Source of the DNA: Vicugna vicugna
Lineage: Eukaryota
DNA length: 64,000 nucleotides
Assembly (NCBI GenBank): GCA_013265495.1
Contig: MU058718.1
Location: 4,423,648 to 4,487,647 of the forward strand
Reading direction: 5' to 3'
Within the stretch, counting starts at the first letter, position 1. Each line of letters begins with the position of its first letter. The position numbers were made by a program, and so were the translations under genes. Below are positions 60,501-64,000 of the stretch, in pieces. Under the pieces are notes generated by a model. The model did not search any database. It was not told the DNA's origin and saw only the letters and a program-made list of their open reading frames with translations.

Positions 60501-61955
60501 TATACATCTAATAGACTCCCTTTGCTTTAGCTGCCAGAAGCACAGCCAAACCTGTATCCCACCTGTAGCTGCAGCTGCAGAGGAATTAATGGCATAAATG
60601 TCGGCTGCAGCTCTGTCTTCATCTTCTTTTCTGATCTGTTTTTTTTCTCTTGCCTGAATTTCCTTATTCACTTACTTTTATCTTTTTATTATATCTATCT
60701 CTGTAAACCACTTTATATTCTTGTTTTAATGAGTTGGGATATAAGTGAACAAACCACAATAGGAAGTTAATTGATTTATTAATTATGCTAGCACAAGACA
60801 CTTCAGTTACATTGTGCAGTGTTCCCCGAGTGCCATGCAGAATTTTGTGTTCTGAGTACAGTAAGTAGATTTCTGATGGTTCCTTACACATTGTACTGGA
60901 AGTCCCTTATGTGCCTGTCCCTCTTAAAAGTTTCTAGAATAGTCCTTGTCTTGCAGTTGGTGCTGTCTTTTGAGCTGAAATGATTGGTCCCTTTAACTTC
61001 TGTGGACTCAGATGCTAAAAACCCTTGACATAATTTCCAAACTAAAACTGTACTGATAATTTCAGGAACTTCTTCTTCAGTGCTGGGTCAAACAAGTTGA
61101 TGTGCTTTTATTTTTGAGAGAGAAAAAATTTCAAGATAGAGTGCTAATTAGTTTCTCCTAAGAAGAAATCTTTTCTTAGAATATTTGTGGAATCATATTG
61201 TAGAGTTAATCACAGAAATACAGCCAAAGTAGATAAGGGTAACCCTATTTCAACATGTACTCTCAAATACAGTTGTTTTATTTAAAAATACAACATTGGC
61301 GATGTAGGGGAGAAACACCTATTCTCACACAAAGTTGGTGAAAATAAAAAATGGTAAAAACCTTTATGGAGGGCAATTTGATAAGACTTCTTAAAACCTC
61401 AACGTCATATACCAGCAATTCCACTTCTAGGAATATATCCCACAGGTATATTTTGGCTTATGCATAAAAGTGGGTGCAGTTATGTTTACTGTAGTTTTTA
61501 TAATAGCAAAACCAATAGTTTCAATGTATATGCATTTAAAAGTTGTACTTATTTAGAACTTTTCTAAATTATGTTAAATTTCAAAGCCATAAAGGGAGTA
61601 GTTTTAAAAGTTATAGCTAAGTATAATGTATTTATTATTAACTGAAAAAGAGCACAGAGTAGTGTTCAGTATATCCTACCACTTGTGTATGTGTTTTGAA
61701 AGCACTTCCTCCCTTCCACATGCTTATATATGATTAGACTATGAGGATACACAGTTGCTTCTGGAGCGCAGAAATAGAGTATGAGACTGAGTGACTTTTC
61801 ACTGTGGCCCCTTTTGAATTTGGAACAATGTGCAAATTGACCTATTTAAAAAATGAATTAACTAAAACTAAATATTAAGGAATGTACAGTAAGGTTTCCA
61901 AAAATGTTTAATTTTATGAATATTTTCTATTTTCAGCAAACTTCAAGGTTTCTGA
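34362..61955 (+). CDS. POLE2: POLE2, DNA polymerase epsilon subunit 2 (B subunit, Dpb2 orthologue), complete 19-exon CDS, 527 aa
   Basis: 19 exons sum to 1584 nt with no internal stop, from [23 protein letters not shown] to ...VEDSKLQGF*; recognisable as the mammalian POLE2 protein. Confidence 0.98.
35515..36068 (-). mobile_element. MaLR LTR (MLT1-like)
   Basis: TATTGCTCCATAACGAATTACCCCAAAATTTAG...CCAGCCCACACCCAAGGGAAGGG pattern. Confidence 0.7.
36204..37426 (+). mobile_element. 5'-truncated L1 (ORF2 C-terminus, 3' UTR, poly(A))
   Basis: Well-preserved L1 3' sequence ending TATAGTTCAATTGAAAAAAAAAAA; flanking repeat AA(T/G)AATGGTTT. Confidence 0.9.
36544..36692 (+). mobile_element. tRNA-derived SINE (vic-1-like) nested in an L1
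   Basis: 15-bp TSD AAAGTCTACAAATAA (36528-36542 and 36693-36707) interrupting L1 ORF2 3' sequence. Confidence 0.9.
38509..38609 (+). CDS. POLE2: POLE2 exon 2 ([33 protein letters not shown])
   Basis: GTCAG| acceptor, |GTAAGT donor; 101 nt. Confidence 0.96.
39942..40017 (+). CDS. POLE2: POLE2 exon 3 ([25 protein letters not shown])
   Basis: TTTTCAG| acceptor, |GTACGT donor; 76 nt. Confidence 0.95.
41766..41843 (+). CDS. POLE2: POLE2 exon 4 ([26 protein letters not shown])
   Basis: TTTCAG| acceptor, |GTAAGT donor; 78 nt. Confidence 0.96.
41980..42073 (+). CDS. POLE2: POLE2 exon 5 ([31 protein letters not shown])
   Basis: TTTCTAG| acceptor, |GTAAGA donor; 94 nt. Confidence 0.96.
42258..42510. 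mobile_element. MIR SINE
   Basis: Core CCCATTTTACAGATGAGGAAACTGAG...ACTTGCCCAAAGTTCACA. Confidence 0.85.
42600..44125. mobile_element. L2 fragments (both orientations)
   Basis: Purine-rich L2-like stretch (GACTCAAAGATGATTT, GGCATTTGAGTTAAGGTTG), then a pyrimidine-rich L2 3' end. Confidence 0.55.
45352..45426 (+). CDS. POLE2: POLE2 exon 6 ([25 protein letters not shown])
   Basis: TTTCTAG| acceptor, |GTTAGA donor; 75 nt. Confidence 0.96.
47684..47767 (+). CDS. POLE2: POLE2 exon 7 ([28 protein letters not shown])
   Basis: TTTTAG| acceptor, |GTAAGT donor; 84 nt. Confidence 0.96.
48399..48455 (+). CDS. POLE2: POLE2 exon 8 ([19 protein letters not shown])
   Basis: TTTCAG| acceptor; ends at the U12 donor |ATATCCTT; 57 nt. 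Confidence 0.94.
48456..48885 (+). other. POLE2: U12-type (minor spliceosome) AT-AC intron, POLE2 intron 8, 430 bp
   Basis: 5' ss ATATCCTT; branch site TTTTCCTTAAT at 48865-48875; 3' ss TAC at 48883-48885; removal gives in-frame LSKA|QFHSG. Confidence 0.93.
48886..48934 (+). CDS. POLE2: POLE2 exon 9 ([16 protein letters not shown])
   Basis: AC| acceptor, |GTAAGT donor; 49 nt. Confidence 0.93.
49563..49635 (+). CDS. POLE2: POLE2 exon 10 ([24 protein letters not shown])
   Basis: TTTTCAG| acceptor, |GTATGA donor; 73 nt. Confidence 0.96.
52208..52326 (+). mobile_element. Short L1 3' end with TSD
   Basis: TATAACTGAATCGCTTTGCTGTACACCTGAAAC...CTTCAATAAAAAA; flanked by CAAATAAT(T/C)A(A/G)CTGATTA. 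Confidence 0.8.
53021..53193 (+). CDS. POLE2: POLE2 exon 11 ([57 protein letters not shown])
   Basis: TCTAG| acceptor, |GTAGGT donor; 173 nt; contains the SDVWLD B-subunit motif. Confidence 0.96.
53547..53636 (+). CDS. POLE2: POLE2 exon 12 ([30 protein letters not shown])
   Basis: TTTTAG| acceptor, |GTATTG donor; 90 nt. Confidence 0.96.
53809..53863 (+). CDS. POLE2: POLE2 exon 13 ([18 protein letters not shown])
   Basis: TTTTAG| acceptor, |GTAATG donor; 55 nt. Confidence 0.96.
54360..54419 (+). CDS. POLE2: POLE2 exon 14 ([20 protein letters not shown])
   Basis: CTACAG| acceptor (CAGTAG tandem), |GTAAGT donor; 60 nt; VPGPEDP motif. Confidence 0.95.
54507..54584 (+). CDS. POLE2: POLE2 exon 15 ([26 protein letters not shown])
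   Basis: TTATAG| acceptor after an 87-bp intron, |GTAAAT donor; 78 nt. Confidence 0.96.
54900..56003. mobile_element. L2 LINE 3' region
   Basis: CCAGACTCACATATCCAGCTG...GGATTACTGTAACAGCCTCCT...AGAATGTAAACTGCATGAG...AATGAATGGATGAAT. Confidence 0.8.
56135..56243 (+). CDS. POLE2: POLE2 exon 16 ([37 protein letters not shown])
   Basis: TTTCAG| acceptor, |GTAAGT donor; 109 nt. Confidence 0.96.
57075..57251 (+). CDS. POLE2: POLE2 exon 17 ([59 protein letters not shown])
   Basis: TTGTAG| acceptor, |GTAAGA donor; 177 nt. Confidence 0.96.
57920..58138. mobile_element. MER20-like hAT DNA transposon
   Basis: CTATTGACATTTTGGACCAGATGATTCTTTGCTGTGGGG...AGCATCCCTGGCCTCTGTCCACTAGATGCCA. Confidence 0.85.
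58998..59065 (+). CDS. POLE2: POLE2 exon 18 ([22 protein letters not shown])
   Basis: CTCCAAAG| acceptor, |GTAAGT donor; 68 nt. Confidence 0.95.
59513..59742. mobile_element. MER5A-like hAT relic
   Basis: CTGCATTAGAATCCACTGGGGTCCTTGTTAAAAAT...CCCACCCCAGAC...CCCAGGAATATGCATT. Confidence 0.7.
61937..61955 (+). CDS. POLE2: POLE2 terminal coding exon 19 (SKLQGF*)
   Basis: TTTTCAG| acceptor; TGA at 61953-61955. Confidence 0.94.
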
Positions 61956-62037
61956 GATTCTTGAAGACCATGTAAAGAAACAGAATTTACTAATTTTCTG
62001 CTTAATTTTATATTTTATGTAATTTTGATACTGTTAC

Positions 62038-62110
62038 AATAAAATTATGGTAAAGTTTAGAATGTTCTAAGTTTCTATTTTATGAAAGCTTTGTATTAAC
62101 TTACAATAAA
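62038..62110 (+). terminator. POLE2: POLE2 polyadenylation signals (AATAAA at 62038-62043 and 62105-62110; a third at 62411-62416)
   Basis: Canonical hexamers about 80-150 nt after the stop codon in an AT-rich 3' UTR. Confidence 0.7.
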
Positions 62111-62636
62111 CATGATGGTACCCTATGAAGTTTTATAGGAAAAATTTTTCTACACAGTCTTTTAAGAAAAATATGAAATTGTAAAAATATATAACTTAAG
62201 TATACATGTGCATTTAAAAATTAAAGTTTCATTATTTCTGTACTAGTCATATGCTAATGTTCACCATAAGAATCCTAATATATTCAGTAATGTCAAATTG
62301 TTTAAATTTCAAGTCACAGAACTTATTGATAGTGAAAACCTTTGTTTCAGGATAGTACTATGATATTCATTACATAATTACCTTTTGGCCCTAAAAATTT
62401 AAATGTGTTAAATAAAGCCTATAGTTTTTACATTTAGGAGACATAATATTTACTTTGAAGCAACATGTTTTGCTTGTTTGGGTGTAATCACTCAACACCA
62501 CCCCTCTAGGTTTTAGTTTATGGCATGGAGATAACCCAGAAATGAATCTGAATGACAGGAAATGGGTAAAGGTATAAAGAGCATTTCAGATATAGGAGGA
62601 ATCTCATTACAAAAAGCCTGGAATGGAAGGTATTTC

Positions 62637-62749
62637 TTTTGTGGGGGGTGGTAATTAGGTTTGTTTGTTTAATTGGAGGTACTAGGGATTGAATCCAGGA
62701 CCTTGTGCATGCTAAACATGCACTTTACCACTGAGATATGCCCTGCCCC
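62637..62749 (-). mobile_element. tRNA-derived SINE (vic-1-like)
   Basis: Reverse complement has A/B boxes and the CCTAATTACC tail; imperfect TSD GAAG(G/A)TATTT. Confidence 0.85.
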
Positions 62750-64000
62750 GCCAGAAGATATTTTTTCAAAGAAAATTAGCTTTTTGTGGAAGAGACATTG
62801 ATAAAAAAGAAAAGTGAGGCATTGAAGGAAAATTTCTCAAGATATTTTATCTGAATGTTGTGATAAGTGAATTAGTGCTTAAGGATGAACTGGTAATTTG
62901 AGATGTGGTTTGAGGATGGAAACTTTGGGGAGAACGTTAGAGAAGCCTGATGTTCAAAGAATAAGATTTAGCTTTAATTTCAAGAATAGTCTGGAAAAAT
63001 TGAAGCTATAGATGAAACAACTTAGAAAGGCATAGTTCAAAAGCTACTAGTTGCTTGGAAAAATTTACAATTTTGGGCCTTGAAAGTGGTAGTGAAACAG
63101 ACGCTGCAAGGTTGCTGGTCCAGTTACGAGAACCACAGAGCTACATCTGAAAGATTTTTTAAGCAACACATTTAAAGCCTAGAAAGACAGGGTGCATTTA
63201 GGGGTTAGCAACTGAAGTGAGATGAAGCAAAGCAGTTAACAAGGAGCCGGTAAGTTGCCAGAGCCAGGCAACAAGGATTAGAGTAAGATGAGATAGGAAC
63301 TAGAACCAGGTGGGGATCAGCCCCCGCTAGAAAAGGAAAGGAAGCTGAGGTCTGGAAAAGGGGTAGCAGAGGAGCAGCAGTGAAAGGGGCTGCTGGACTT
63401 CTGCTGCAGGGAAGGTCAGGTGGTGTGCGCCCTACTTGGTGTTTCATCAGCTGACCTCACCACAGAAATCTGGGCATGAGGCACCATCATGTGACAATAT
63501 GTACCTTACCGTTAGGGGCCAGGTAGATCACACAAGACAAGAGTGGGTTAAGATTTCTCTGCTATGAGAAAAGCCAAGTTGGTCTCAGTGTGGGGAGACC
63601 ACGGAAAGCGCCAGGGACTGGGCAGACTGGAGCACCCAGGCCCACCTCACGGCCATCCTGCTGCTGACCCGCTTCAGCCAGTGGTAGCCTACGTGGCCTC
63701 ACTGGAGAAATCTGCACTTTCATCCTGATTTTCCAAACACTGTAGACTACTTTAAACCACAGCTTATCCCCAAAGATGTGATTACAGACTGGCTTGTGCC
63801 CACGAACTGCTGCTTTCTCTGCCTTAGCAAAGAATTTAATCATGTTTTCTAAAATCTCTCTACTAAGTAAGATGAGCTGGGTCCCAGTCGTTGTAGAATT
63901 TACTGTCCTCTAACGGTGGTAAAGGACAGCTCAGAGAGGCAGAGTAAAATAAAAATGGGGTGTTTCATTCTGACCCTGTGCACGTTCGTGTGTTTTCTGT

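Noticed and set aside
60510..60620. Non-repeat-looking stretch with CTGCAG repeats and TAATGG/ATAAA motifs as an enhancer or cryptic exon
   Set aside because: Cannot be supported without conservation or chromatin data; I found no convincing splice-site pair.
2461..62749. tRNA-like sequences (TAGCTCAGTGGTAGAG...GGGTTCAATCCC) as tRNA genes
   Set aside because: All seven carry SINE tails and A-rich ends, most have TSDs, and they differ from one another; they are SINE heads, not tRNA genes.

Overview
Mammalian genomic DNA, very probably from a camelid (alpaca/camel), judged from seven copies of a tRNA-derived SINE resembling camelid vic-1. Two intron-rich genes lie head-to-head. KLHDC1 is on the minus strand: coding exons 1-10 run from ATG 31782 down to position 9, and the gene continues off the window. 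POLE2 is complete on the plus strand: 19 coding exons, 34362-61955, 1584 nt = 527 aa + stop, including a U12-type AT-AC intron at 48456-48885. Introns are filled with L1, L2, MIR, MaLR/LTR and hAT relics. Most notable non-routine observations: (1) a 243-bp palindromic element built from two inverted LTR-like 3' ends, with a 4-bp target-site duplication and a poly(A) signal on each strand, between the two promoters; (2) a near-identical 2.43-kb tandem duplication that copies the KLHDC1 exon-1 splice donor and part of its CpG island (real CNV or assembly artefact); (3) an inverted homologous L1 patch inside an L1, whose junction recurs as an exact 29-mer 612 bp away; (4) several tiny TSD-flanked insertions that look like retroposed mRNA 3' ends or pure poly(A). 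Repeat family names and comparisons with human proteins come from memory, not from a search.
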